From NCBI GenBank assembly GCA_963736855.1, contig CAVTQK010000015.1, positions 727,345 through 791,344 on the forward strand: DNA of 64,000 bases. The letters run 5' to 3'. This document shows, piece after piece, positions 40,832 to 52,757 of this stretch (position 1 is the stretch's first letter; every line of letters starts with the position of its first letter). The position numbers and the translations under genes were made by a program. The notes below the pieces were generated by a model. The model was given only the letters and a program-made list of their open reading frames with translations, did not search any database and had not been told where the DNA came from. The stretch is from an uncultured delta proteobacterium (GTDB lineage: Bacteria > Desulfobacterota > Desulfobacteria > Desulfobacterales > UBA2156).

Positions 40832-41404
40832 GACCCGCCATCACCGCCCTCGCCGCCTTGCTCGTCCTGCCGGCCTGCCTGTCCCCGCGGGTGGACGCCT
40901 CCCGCTACTTCACCCTTCCTGCCGCCGGAGCCACCCCTGCCGGGGCCGCGGTCGCCTCGGTCGGGCTCGGACCGGTGAGCCTTCCGCCCTACCTTTCGCG
41001 GCCGGAGGTGGCCACGCGGCTCGGTCCCGAGCAGATCGCCTATTCGGCGAACGACCGCTGGGCAGCGCCGCTCGACGAGCTGGCCGTCCGGGCCCTGGAG
41101 GAGGAGCTCCGGGCCCGCCTTCCCGCCCGCGAGGTCCTCCGCTGGCCCTGGCCGCTCGGAGCGCCTCCGGAGGTGGCCGCATCGGTGGAGTTCCTTCGCC
41201 TCGAGGGGGACGCAGCCGGAGGGGCCACGATGCAGGCGCGGTGGACGGTCTCGGCGGCCGGGCGCCCCCCGGTGACCGGAGAGACCCGGATCCACGAGGC
41301 CGGGGCCCCGGGGGACGTCCCGGCCTCGGTTGCCGCGCTGGGCCGGGCCCTCGGCGCCCTGGCCGCCGATCTCGCGGCGGCCGCCCGCGCGGACGGGAGG
41401 CTGA
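40828..41404 (+). CDS. pqiC: PqiC/ABC-transport auxiliary lipoprotein
   Basis: Lipobox 'LPAC', 'GPVSLPPYLSRPE', 'RWAAPL'; stop inferred at TGA 41402-41404 after an indel. Confidence 0.82.
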
Positions 41405-41500
41405 GGCGCACCGGATGGCCGGTCCGACCGCGCCCGGGGCCTCCCCTTCCGCCCGGATTCGTGGTTTGTACGGGGCCTCGCTCGCCGTCCGGAGGCCACC

Positions 41501-43691
41501 TTGACGAGAATTGCCGCAACGATCGCGCTCCTTTCCGTCGCCCTCGCCCCCGTGGCCGCCCGCGCCGACGGCGGGATGTGGATGCCCCAGCAGATGATCG
41601 ACCTGGCCCCCCGGCTGAAGAAGCTGGGCTTCCAGGGCAACCCCAGGGCCTTCGCCGACCTCACCGGCATGCCCATGGGCGCCATCGTCTCGCTCGGAGG
41701 CTGCAGCGCTTCCTTCGTGTCCGACACCGGCCTCATCGTCACCAACCACCACTGCGTCACCGGCGCGCTCCAGTACAACGCCACGCCGGAGCGGAACACC
41801 GTGAAGGAGGGCTTCCTGGCCGCCACGCTGGCGGACGAGGCCTGGGCCGGGCCGGGGTCCCGCGTCCTCGTCACCGTCGCCGTCCGGGAGGTGACGAAGG
41901 ACGTGGTCGGCGAGCTCCCCGCCGGGCAGGCCGACCTCGATCGAGAGCTCGCCATCGAGAAGCGGGAGAAGGAGCTCACCGCCGCCTGCGAGAAGGAGGG
42001 GCTCCGCTGCCGCGTGGCGTCCTTCTTCCAGGGGCTCAGGTGGTTCGAGATCGCCCAGGTCGAGCTGAAGGACGTCCGGCTCGTCTACGCGCCCCCGTCG
42101 TCGATCGGCAACTTCGGCGGCGAGACCGACAACTGGCGCTGGCCCCGCCATACCGGCGACTTCGCCTTCTACCGGGCCTACGTGGGCAAGGACGGCAAGC
42201 CCGCCTCCTTCGACAGGGCGAACGTCCCGTTCAAGCCCAGGCACCATCTCACCGTGGACCCGGCCGGCGCGAGCCCCGGCGAGGTCGTGGTCGTGGCCGG
42301 CTATCCGGGACGGACCGCGCGCCACGTGACCGCCCGCGAGATGCGGGAGACCATCGACTGGAGCTATCCCGCGCGTGGTCCGGCGAAACAAGGACATGCT
42401 GGCCATCCTGGCCGAGCTATCGAAGGAGTCGAAGGAGACCGAGATCCGGGTCGCCGTGCACGTCCGCCGGCTGGCCAACTCGATGAAGAACCGCGAGGGC
42501 GTGATCGAGGGAGCGAGGAAGGGAAAGCTCCTCGAGAAGAAGGCGGCCGCCGAGGCCGAGCTGCAGGCCTGGATCGACGCCGACCCGTCCCGGAAGAAGA
42601 AGTTCGGGGGCGTCATCGCCGCCCTCGACGACCTGCAGCTGAAGCAGGAGGCGGTCCGGGAGCGGGACGCCACGCTCCAGGCCCTCTACTCCGACTCCAC
42701 CCTGCTCGGGTCGGCCCGCACCATCCGCCGGCTCGCCGAGGAGCGCCAGAAGCCCGACGCCGATCGCGAGGCGGAGTACCAGCAGCGCAACTGGGAGCGG
42801 CTGCGGGAGTCGCAGGAGCGGCTCCAGCGGACCATCGACCTCGGAGCCGACCGGGCCCTGCTGCGCCATGCGCTCCTGGAGGCGGCGGCGCTCCCGAAGG
42901 AGCAGCGCATCGAGGCGCTCGATGCGCTCGTCGGCCTCTCGGCCGGTCTCTCCCAGGACGACGCGAAGGTGAAGGTGGACGCCTGGCTCGCCAACCTCTA
43001 CGCCTCGCCGTCGCAACTCGCCGACCAGAAGGCCCGGCTGGCGCTCGTGGACGGGAAGCCCGAGGAGGTCCTCGCCACGAAGGACCCCTTCCTCGACCTC
43101 GCGGCGGCGCTGGCCCCGCTCGACAAGCAGGTCCGCGACGCCGCCAGGGCGCGCAAAGGGGCGGTGTCTCGCCTCGGCCCCGCCTACATGCAGGCCATGC
43201 TCGACGGGGCCGGCGGCCTCGTCGCCCCCGACGCCAACTCCACGCTGCGGGTCACCTTCGGCACCGTGAAGGGGGTCTCTCCGCAGGACGGCGTCTTCTA
43301 CCTGCCCCAGACCACGCTCCAGGGCGTGGTCGCCAAGGCCAGGGCAGGCGACAAGGAGTTCGACGCTCCCCCTGCGCTCCTCGCCGCCGCCGCCAAGGTG
43401 ATGGCCACGGGCAAGGGGCCCTTCCTCGACAAGAAGCTCGGCGACGTACCGGTCAACTTCCTCTCCGACGTCGACACCACGGGCGGCAACTCCGGCTCGG
43501 CGGTGCTGAACGGCAAGGGGAAGCTGGTGGGGCTCCTCTTCGACGGCACCTACGAGACCATCGCCTCCGACCTGCTCTTCGACCCGGCCAACACCCGCTC
43601 CATCCAGGTCGACATCCGCTACGTGCTCTGGGTGGCGAGCCAGGTCTCCGGGGCGACCCGCGTGGTCCAGGAGCTGGGCGTCCGGCCGTAG
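41501..43691 (+). CDS. S46-family dipeptidyl peptidase (frameshift ~42370)
   Basis: 'ADGGMWMP', 'TNHHC', 'DNWRWPRHTGDF', 'PDANSTLR', 'TGGNSGS'. Confidence 0.93.
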
Positions 43692-43708
43692 CCGGAAAGC
43701 CCCCGCGC

Positions 43709-44486
43709 GTGGCCCATCCCCCGAACGACGCCGCGGCGGCCCGCCGGGTCGAGCGGGCCCACGCGCTCCAGCTGGAACGAACGCGAGCGGCGCGCGGAAC
43801 GGGGGCGCCCGCCGTCGAGGTGGCGGGAGGGCTGTCCGTATCCCACGGCGCCCGCTCCCCCTTCTCGGCCGCGGTGGGCGTCGGCATCGGCGTGGCGGTC
43901 GGCGAGGAGGACGTGGACCGGATCGAGGCGCACCTGGGCCTGGGCGGCGGACCGGTGCGCATCGAGGTGTCCCCCTTCACCGACCCGTCCCTCACCGAGG
44001 AGCTGGGGCGGCGGGGCTACCAGCTGGAACGCTTCTTCCAGATCTGGGTGCGCTCCCCCTCGGTGGACGCTCCCGGGCTCCGTCGTCCGGGTGGCAACGC
44101 CGGACGAGGCGGCCACCTGGGTCGAGCTCTTCTCCCGTGCCTTCCTGGGGGCGCCCACCCAGTCGGATGCGCAGCGGGAGGCGCTCCGCTGCATGGCGCA
44201 GGCCGAGGGGAGCGTTCCCTGGCTCGCGCTCGAGAACGGCAGCCCGGTCGGCGTGGCGCTCTCCTCCGCCGAGGGGGGCGTGGCCTGGCTCTCCGGCGCC
44301 GGCGTGCTTCCGGCGTCGCGGGGACGGGGGCTCCAGTGCGCGCTGGTGCGGGCACGCCTGGCCTGGGCCGCGGCGCAGGGCTGCGACCTCGCCGCCTCGG
44401 CCACCGAGCCGGGCACGGCCTCGCAGCGCACCCTGGAGCGGTGCGGATTCCGGGTCTCCTATCCCAAGGCGGTCCTGGTCCACTGA
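43709..44486 (+). CDS. GNAT-family N-acetyltransferase (frameshifted)
   Basis: 'RGRGLQCALVRARL', 'PGTASQRTLERCGF'. Confidence 0.82.
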
Positions 44487-44532
44487 CGGGCCCCCCTTCT
44501 CCGAGCGGCGCCTGGGAGGATAGAAGGAACCG

Positions 44533-45700
44533 ATGGCCGCCCGCCCCGCCTGGATCGCGATCGCCGCCCTGCTCGCGACGGCCGCCTGCGGGCCGCTCTC
44601 CCATGCGGCCGTCCGGCCCGACCTGCTCGACCCGGCGACCGGGCGCGCCAGCCCTCCCCTCCCCGCCGGCCCGCGCGAGCGCATGCGCGTGGCGGTCTAC
44701 GGCGACTCGCAGGGGAACTCCGCCGCCCACCAGGCGGTGGTGGCCGCCATCCTGGCCGAGAAGCCCGATCTGGTCCTCTTCGCCGGCGACGCCATCGACC
44801 ACCTTCCGGCCGGTCACATGCCCGACTGGGGCGGCTGGCAGTACCTCGTGCCAATCTGGCCGCAGTACGTCCGCGGCTACGCCTGGGTCTCGCTCCTCAC
44901 CGTCATTCCCTTCCCCGCCGCCATCCACGAGACCCTGCTCGGCGCGGTGGCGCCGCCACGCCCGCTTCCCGATCTGAACGGCTGGCTCGAGGACACCGGA
45001 CCTCTTCGGATGGCCGGCATCCCGGTCCTGGCCGCCCGCGGCAACCACGACGCGTACCACCGGGTCGACGAGGCCCAGTTCGCGAGCCTTTTCTCACCGC
45101 CCGGGACCCCGGAGCTCCCCCCGGATCGCTTCTGGTACGCCGTCGACCAGGGCGGCTGGCGCTTCCTCGTCCTCGACACCGGGACCGACATGTTCGGCGA
45201 CCGCGATCCCATGCCGGAGGGCGGCCCCCAGCTCACCTGGCTGGAGGAGCGCCTCTCCGAGGCCGAACGGCTGGGACTCCGCTCCATCGTGCTGCTGCAC
45301 CTCCCGCCCTTCTCGTCGGGGAGGGAGGAGCGAGGGGTGCCCTGGGTGAGGAAGCGCGTCGTGGAGGGCATCCTCGATCGCCACCCGGTGTCGCTCGTGC
45401 TTTCCGGCCACATCCACGCCTACGAGCGCATCGTTCGCCCCGGCTTCGAGGGGCGTCCGGTGAACTACGTGGTGAGCGGCGGGGCCGGCGGCCGGTTCTT
45501 CCGTGTCGCCGACAGGCGCGAGGAGGGCTCGGTGACGTTCGTGGAGGACGTCCGGAACTTCGTGCTGCTGGAGCTCGGACCGGACGGCGTCACGGGGCGG
45601 GCGCTGCCCGTGAAGGTGCAGGGCGAGGACTGGAAGAGGCCCCCGACACCGCTCGATTCGTTCCGGGTGGAGCTGCCGGCGCCTGGGGCGGGGCGCCTAG
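44533..45700 (+). CDS. Calcineurin-like metallophosphoesterase lipoprotein
   Basis: Lipobox 'TAAC', 'YGDSQ', 'AGD', 'GNHD', 'HLPP', 'SGHIHAYER'; true stop probably TAG 45698-45700 after an indel. Confidence 0.88.
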
Positions 45701-46314
45701 TTCCGGACGAAGTCCCAGCGGCCGGTGATGCCGAGCTGCCAGAGCGCCTGGTAGATTCCGTTCGTCGGCGACTGGAGCGCCACCATCCGGAACTCGACCC
45801 CGAGTCCGAAGGGCTCCGGGCGCCAGACCTGGGCGGCGAGCGCGCCCATGAAGCCGATGGACGTGGCCGAGGTGCTGTTCGAGACCCCGTCCACGGTGCT
45901 CTTCACCGACACGCTGTAGAGCCCGACCCCCGCGCGCACCCGGAACCAGTCGATGTCCCACCCCGGACCGATGGCGAGGCCGAGCGCGGAGGACGAGTTG
46001 CTCACCGTCGCGGTTCCGTTCGTCGCCGGAAGGTAGGTGCTCGTCCCGCTCGAGAGGATCGGGATCCAGGAGACGTCGAGGAAGGGGTGCGTGAAGTGCG
46101 TACCCCGGTAGGCGACGCTCAGCGCGACGGCAGGGCCACCGTTCCACCAGGAGAAGGCCGCGGTGTCGGGCCAGGGGAAGGCCAGCTGCCCGTAGCCCAC
46201 GAAGGCGTCGAGCTCCCAGGCCGAGTGCTCGGCCGGCGCGGGAGCGGCCTGGGGCTCCGCCGCCTGGACGGTGGTGGCCGCGGCGAGCGCGAAGGCGAGG
46301 AGGAGGGCTCTCAC
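45697..46314 (-). CDS. Small outer-membrane beta-barrel-like protein
   Basis: GTG start overlapping the upstream TGA, signal peptide, alternating strands, C-term 'LGITGRWDF'. Confidence 0.65.
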   Translation of the reverse strand: MRALLLAFALAAATTVQAAEPQAAPAPAEHSAWELDAFVGYGQLAFPWPDTAAFSWWNGGPAVALSVAYRGTHFTHPFLDVSWIPILSSGTSTYLPATNGTATVSNSSSALGLAIGPGWDIDWFRVRAGVGLYSVSVKSTVDGVSNSTSATSIGFMGALAAQVWRPEPFGLGVEFRMVALQSPTNGIYQALWQLGITGRWDFVRN

Positions 46315-47769
46315 GGGGTGACGCCCAGGGGATAGGGGGGCAGAACGCCGGCGATCTCCCACTGCACGTTGAGCGTCCCCAGGTAGTTGGTGAGGATCCC
46401 GTTCGGCCGGCCGGCCTCCAGGAAGGCGTTCATGGTCACCGGGTCGTTGATGGTCCAGTACCCGAAGAACTTGCCCTGCGACTGGATGTTCAGCGCGTCG
46501 GAGGCGAGCGGCCCGAGGGTGTAGCGGGGGGACGCCGCCTGGCAGGGGATGCTCGCCACCGCGTCGACGTTGTCCTCGCAGAGGCAGCGCTGGCCCGGGG
46601 TGAGCTGGCCGGCCGCCGAGTGCGGTCGTGTACTCGTTGATGATGTCGTCGCTGGGCAGGCCGATGATGACCCGGTCGATCACGGGCAGGCTCCCCGGGA
46701 AGAGGCAGCGTTTCCCGGCGGGCGGTGCCTCTCCGGGCTGGCACGGCACGAGCCGCTCGTTCAGCTGGCCGATGATCTGGCTCGACAGGACGATGGCGTT
46801 CTCGACCTTCATGTCGAGCCATACCATCAGGTCGGTGCGGGTGAGCCCGTACTCGAGCGCGTCCACCAGCCGCGGGATGATCTCGCCGTTGCGCGCCCGG
46901 CAGTTGGCGACGAGCTGCGAGTAGGTCCAGTCCTCGATCCCGCCCACGCAGTAGGTGCCCTGCACCACGGCTGGGGTCAGGCCGAGGTGGAAGAGGACGG
47001 GGATGTTGTCCTTGGTGAGCCGGACGTCGATCTCGAGGTAGTCGCCGCCGAGCTGCTTCGAGAGGATGAAGGTCTCGCCGGTGTTCTCGGAGACGCCGCA
47101 GTTGTCGACGGTCTGGCATCCGCCGTGATGCACGCCGACCAGGAATGACTTCACGCCGCTCACGAGCCGGCTCTTGCGAGCACCCGTGTAGGTGACGGTG
47201 AGCGGGGCGACCGGCGCCGTGTTCCCGTAGCCGGTGGCGCCGACCAGCCGGACCACGCCCGGGGCGACCGCCTCGCCGCGGCACAGGGCCTCCGCGGCCG
47301 ACTGCGGCTCCACGAAGAGCCGGATGAGCCCCGTCTCCTTGGGAGTGGGCTCGGGGAACTCGAGGTAGCGCCAGTAGCCCTCGAAGACGAGGCGGGTCAC
47401 CGGGGTTGCACCCGACGAGTCGACGAGGCAGCCGGGATTCAGGACCGCGAAGGCGTGGTGCTCGGCCGAGAAGACACCGAGGGTGGCGAGCAGCGTGTCG
47501 TCGGCGTTCCCGGTCAGGGTGGGAATGACCACCACCGGGTTCCCGAAACGCTCCGAGGCCGCGTAGACGCCGTCGAGGACCGAGAGCACGGGAACCAGGT
47601 TCTCGTAGGGCGTGCCGGCCGGCGCGGCCCGCCAGATCGGCGGCGGGACCGTTCGCGCCAGGAGGCCGCCCGCGGGGAAGACCGGGGGCTCGGTGCCCTG
47701 CCGGTTCAGGCAGGCCGAGGTGGCGAGGGCCACGAGCGCGAGCGCGAGGATGCGGCGGTCAGAATTCAT
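46311..47769 (-). CDS. Glycerophosphodiester phosphodiesterase (GDPD)-like lipoprotein with N-terminal extra domain (frameshift ~46610)
   Basis: Lipobox 'TSAC', 'HHGG...ENT', 'EIDVRLTKD...VLFH', 'IPRL', 'WLDMK', 'WTIND', 'GILTNY'. Confidence 0.85.
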
Positions 47770-48577
47770 AGCCGGCCAGGAGACCGAGGTACACGATGTG
47801 CTTGGGGCTGAAGTCGACGTTGAACCAGAGCGGGTAGTTGGCGCGCGTGTTGTAGAGGCTGACGCCGTAGTAGATGACCCCCTGCTTCTTGGGGGAGTAC
47901 TCGGCGACCAGCGTGAACCCGAATCCCTGCCACATGGCGGCGTCGGGCGAGATGACGAGGCCGCCGAGATTCGTGGCCTGGTAGACCGAGAGGTAGGACT
48001 CGAAGACGAGCGTGAGCCAGGTGTCGCCCGTCACCTGGAGGCCGGCCTTGGCGCCGGGCTTCACCAGCACGCCCCACCCCGTGGAGTTGAACTGGGAGGA
48101 GAGGAAGACCTTGCCCATGGTGCCGAAGAACCCGTCGACGCGGGCCATGAGCCCCAGGGAGAAGGGGCCGACCATGGTGCCCCACTGCGCGCCCACCCCG
48201 AGCTCGTTGTACATGATGATGGTCTTGAGCGCGGCGTCGACGCTGAAGCCCGAGCCGAGACCGTGCCGGTAGCTCGCGGTGAACATGGGGGCGATCTGCC
48301 AGAGGCCGCCCACGGCCCAGCGGCCCTTGCCCTTGCCCGGCCCCTCGGGGAAGAACGTGAGGCCGCGCTCCGGGTAGGCCCAGGCCGGCGTCTCCCAGGG
48401 CTTCTTGGGGGTCTGCTGGACCAGGATCACCGTGGTCTCGCCCGAGGTCCTCTCGCCGACGAGCTGCACGGGCGCGGCCTGCGGAGCCGGATCGGCAGCG
48501 AGGCCCATCGCCGGAACGGCGAGGGACGCGATCAGGGTCGCGGCGGCTGCCATGTGTCTCAGGGTGACGGAGCTCAC
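47759..48577 (-). CDS. Outer-membrane beta-barrel-like protein
   Basis: Signal peptide, Gly/aromatic strands, C-terminal 'GLLAGYEF' BAM-type signal. Confidence 0.7.
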   Translation of the reverse strand: MSSVTLRHMAAAATLIASLAVPAMGLAADPAPQAAPVQLVGERTSGETTVILVQQTPKKPWETPAWAYPERGLTFFPEGPGKGKGRWAVGGLWQIAPMFTASYRHGLGSGFSVDAALKTIIMYNELGVGAQWGTMVGPFSLGLMARVDGFFGTMGKVFLSSQFNSTGWGVLVKPGAKAGLQVTGDTWLTLVFESYLSVYQATNLGGLVISPDAAMWQGFGFTLVAEYSPKKQGVIYYGVSLYNTRANYPLWFNVDFSPKHIVYLGLLAGYEF

Positions 48578-48590
48578 TCAGCCGGTACGT

Positions 48591-48785
48591 CTAACCCTTC
48601 TTGTCGTGGTCGTCTATCCGTATTTCTTCGCGCCCCTTCGGGGTTGACTCGTCGTCATCGTCCAGCATCCGGTACTTCGGCCCCTCCGGATCGTCGTACT
48701 GGCCGCTCCGCACCGACCAGAGGAAGCCCAGCCAGGCGGCGATGCCGAGCCCGAGGGAGATGGCGATGAGGAAGCCCAGCGACAC
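48591..48785 (-). CDS. ccoS: cbb3 oxidase maturation protein
   Basis: 'FLWSVRSGQYDDPEGPKYRML'. Confidence 0.9.
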   Translation of the reverse strand: MSLGFLIAISLGLGIAAWLGFLWSVRSGQYDDPEGPKYRMLDDDDESTPKGREEIRIDDHDKKG

Positions 48786-48788
48786 GGT

Positions 48789-51255
48789 TCACCTCGGGTG
48801 GCGCGGCAGCGCCCCGCCGCGGATCCGCAGCGAATTCAGGACCACGAACGTGGAGCTGGCCGCCATGGCCGCGGCGGCGACGATCGGGTGCAGGAGCCCG
48901 ACCATGGCGAGCGGCACGGCCACCAGGTTGTAGACGACGCGCCCAAAAGAGATTTTCCCGGATGATGCGGTAGGTCTTCCGCGAGAGCCGGACCAGCTCC
49001 GGGAGCAGCCGCAGGTCGTCCCGGACCAGCACCGCCTCGGCGCTCTCCATCGTCACGTCGGTGCCGCGCGACATGGCCACGCCCACGTCGGCCTGGGTGA
49101 GCGCCGGGGCGTCGTTCACGCCATCCCCGGCCACGAGGACGCGGCGCCCGCTGGCCTGCAGCGCCGCCACCCGCTCCCGCTTCTCCACCGGGGTCACCTC
49201 GGAGACCGCCCTGCCGATCCCCAGCGCCGCCGCCACCGCCTCGGTGGTTCGCCGGTTGTCGCCGGAGAGGAGGCTCACGCGCAGTCCGAGTGCCTCGAGC
49301 TCCGCCACGACCTCCCGGGCCTCGGGGCGCACCGCGTCGGCGACCACGAGCAGGGCCACGAGCCGGCCGCCGCGCGACAGGAAGGCCACCGTGTCGCCCC
49401 GCTCCTCGCGGACGCCGGGCCTCCCGCTCGGCCTCGGCCGGGATCTCCGCTCCCGCCTCGACCACGAAGAGCCGGCTGCCCACCCGGACCGGCACCCCGG
49501 CGACCGACCCCTCCACGCCGCGGCCGGGCACGGCCCGGAAGTCCGTCGCCTCCGGCTCCGGCTCGCCGGGCGACGCCCGCGCCGCCTCGACGATGGCCCG
49601 CCCCAGGCTGTGCTCGGAACGCCGCTCGACCGCGGCGGCCAGCCGCAGCGCGTCGTCCGCCCCGCCGGCGCCGGGAAGCGGCAGCACCTCCCGCAGCTCC
49701 GGCCGTCCGCGGGTGACCGTGCCGGTCTTGTCGAGCAGCGCCTCGTCGGCCCCGGCGGCCCGCTCGAAGACGTCGCCCCCCTTCACCAGGAGTCCACGCC
49801 CGGTGGCCACGCCGGTGGCCAGCAGCACCGCCAGCGGGGTGGCGAGCCCGAGCGCGCACGGGCAGGCGATGACCAGCACCGACACCCCGATCATGACGGC
49901 CTGGGGCGCCGGGGCGCCGCGGAGCAGGTGCCCGGCCGTCGCCGCCACGGCCAGCACCAGGATGGCCGGCACGAAGACCCCCACCAGCCGGTCGGCCACC
50001 GCCTGGATGCGCGGCCGCGAGGCCTGCGCCTCCTCCACCGCGCGGATGATCCCGGCCAGCACGGTGGCCGCGCCGGTGCGGGTGACCTCGAGGACGAAGG
50101 ACCCGTGCAGGTTGACGGTACCGCCGATGGCCGGCGCCCCCGGCTCCTTTCCCACCGGGCGCGACTCGCCGGTGACGAGCGACTCGTCCACCTCGCTCCG
50201 GCCCTCGCGCACCAGCGCCGTCGGCCGGGACCCGCTCGCCGGGCACCACCTCGACCCGGTCGCCGGGACGCAGCTCGGCCACCGGGACCCGCCGGACCTC
50301 GAATCCGCCCCCGGGGAGCGGCTCCATCCGGCGCGCCTCCCGCGGCTGCAGCGCCGCGAGCCGGGCCACCGCCTCGGAGGCCCGCCCCTTGGCGGCGGCC
50401 TCCACGTAGCGCCCCACCAGGACCAGCGTGACGATCATCGCGGCGGTGTCGAGGTAGACCTCGCCGCCGGCGAGCATCTGCCAGACGCTGTAGGCGAGCG
50501 CCGCCCCGGCGCCCAGCGCGATGAGCGCGTCCATGTTGAACCGGCCGTGGCGCAGGCTGGTCACCGGTGTTCCGGAGGAACGGGGCCCCGGAGTAGAAGT
50601 ACACGGGGAGTGTGAGGCCGAGCCCCACCCACTCGAGCAGCCGCCTGGTCCCGGGGTCGATGCCCTGGAAGTAGCCGGCGTAGAGGGCGATGGTGATGAC
50701 CATGAGCTGCGAGGAGAGGAAGCCGGCCGTGCCGAGGCGCACGAGCAGGTCTCGCGTCTCGCGCCGCTGGGCCGCCTGCCCCTCGGTCTCGCCGCCAGGG
50801 CTTGGGCAGGTAGCCGGCCGAGCGGATGCGCCCGAGCACGGCCGGGAGCCCGGTCACGGCCGGGTCGAAGCGGACGCGGGCCCGGTGGGTCGCGTAGTTC
50901 ACCCGCGCGAAGGTCACGCCCGGCAGCTTCCCGAGGAGCCGCTCGTTCAGCCAGACGCAGGAGGCGCAGCGGATCCCCTCGACGTAGAGGTCGACCTCGG
51001 AGAGGCCGTCCGTCGCCGTCCCGCACCGCGGCCCGGAAGGCCTCGACCTCCTGGGGATCCTCGGGGCGGGCGGCCAGCCCGACCTCCTCCCAGCGGCGCC
51101 CCTCGTAGAAGGCGCCGAGCCCCTCCTCGCGGATGAGCCGGTGGATTCCCTGGCAGCCGGTGCAGCAGAAGACCCGCTCCTCGCTCCCCGTCGCGCTCCC
51201 GGACCGCCTCCCGCTCCGGGAACTCGAGCAGGCAGTGGTCACAGCGAAGGGACAT
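48789..51255 (-). CDS. ccoI: Cu-transporting P1B ATPase (frameshifted)
   Basis: N-term 'CDHC...FCCTGC', HMA 'CASC', 'LVTGES', '[11 protein letters not shown]', 'DKTGT', '[10 protein letters not shown]'. Confidence 0.92.
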
Positions 51256-51923
51256 GGACGCGCAGCCCCCGCAGGACGAAGAGGACCCCGAGCAGCGCCA
51301 CCAGCAGCGCCGCCGGCCCGGTGGAGGAGCCCGCGGGCGCCGGACGGAGAGCGCGCTCACCACCGCCCCGGCGAGGAGCAGCGCCGGCAGGGTCCCGGCC
51401 CCGAAGGCGAGCGCCAGCGCCATGCCGCGGCACCGGGTGTCCGGTGGCCGCGGCCGCGGCGAAGGCCGAGTAGGAGAGGCCGCAGGGGAGGAACCCGAGC
51501 ACGAGCCCGAGCGGGTAGGCGCGCAGGGGCGCCTCGTGCCCGGCCAGCCGCCGCACCGCGCCGAGGCACCCGCCCGGCCAGCCGCCCCTCCGCGCTTTTC
51601 ACCCACAGTGACTGGGCGGCGGCGCCCAGCCCCATCGCCACCATCAGCGCGCCGGCCAGCACCGCCACCACGTCCTGCCATCCGGCCAGCCGGCCGGCCA
51701 CGTTCACGAAGGAGCCGGCGAGCCCCATGACGGCGCCGATGGTCCCGTAGGTGGTGATGCGACCGAGGTGGTAGGCGAGCTGGGGCAGGAGCGCGCGGCG
51801 GGCCGGGATGCCCGGGGGCGCGGAGATGCCGAGCGCCCCCACCAGCGGGCCGCACATGGCCACGCAGTGCCCGAAGCCGCCCAGGAACCCGGTGGCCAGC
51901 GCGATCGGGAGCGAGGCGTCCAT
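51239..51923 (-). CDS. TauE/SafE (DsbD_2-like) membrane protein of cco clusters (frameshifted)
   Basis: 'GHCVAMCGP', 'YHLGRITTY', 'GFLPCGL', 'FGAGTLP'. Confidence 0.88.
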
Positions 51924-51933
51924 CGGCGGACGG

Positions 51934-52757
51934 CTACTCCGCCGCCTGGAACGGGAAGCGCGCGCGCGCCTCGCCGCCGCCGGGGACCCGCACCACCACC
52001 TCGGCCAGCCAGTCGCGCCGGCCGCTCGAGCAGCGCAGCAGCGCACCCTTCCCGGCGTAGCGCCCGTCGCCGGCCGCGCGCGAGCGGGATGCGGTTCTCC
52101 CCCATGAACATCCCGGGCATGGAGAGCACGACCGCGACCTCGGCGCCGGCGAGCGGGCGCGCCGCCGCGGGAGAGCTGGACCGCCGCGTCGAGCTCCTTC
52201 AGGGGAACCGGGCGGGTGCGGCGACAGGTCGAGGACCACCCGGACGCCCACCGGCGTCGGCGGCGCAGGGGCGCAGCCCCGCGTCGCAGTGGACCCCCTC
52301 ACCGACCTCTCCGGCCACGTGGATCCACTTGCCCAGGGTGAGCGACTCGCCGCCGCGGCGGATGACGACGTCGAGGTCCCAGAACCCCGGCTCGGTCATG
52401 GAGAGGACCGCGGCGTACCGTCCGCTCCCGGCGTGGGTCGCCGGCGCCGACCGGTCGAACCGGCTCGTGCCGGCGCGCGAGACCCGGAAGAGCACCTCGG
52501 CGTCGTCGATGGGCGCCCCGTCCTTGCCGGTCAGCGTGACCGTCAGGCGCGGCCTCCGGCCCGGCGCGCAGGGCGCCCTCGTCGACCGCCACGTTCCAGC
52601 CCGAGCGCCCGGGCCTTCTTCCGGTCGGCGTCGTGGTGGATGCCCGACTCGTAGGGGTCGGCGACCACGGTCCGCTCGAAGCTGCTCGGCCCACCCAGAT
52701 GGCCCCCACGACGGCGCCCAGGGCCACGGCGACGACGATGGCGATGACGATCTTCAC
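51934..52757 (-). CDS. ccoH: FixH/YtkA-like protein (frameshifted)
   Basis: N-terminal TM, 'VVADPYESG', two Ig-like YtkA segments, 'LSMPGMFMG'. Confidence 0.7.

Noticed and set aside
45697..47769. Apparent 690-aa GDPD-barrel fusion; likewise 39073..42486, 41501..44977, 44533..46335, 52299..53999 and 57652..60489
   Set aside because: Produced by single indels or upstream run-on; each part has its own start, signal peptide or overlapping stop
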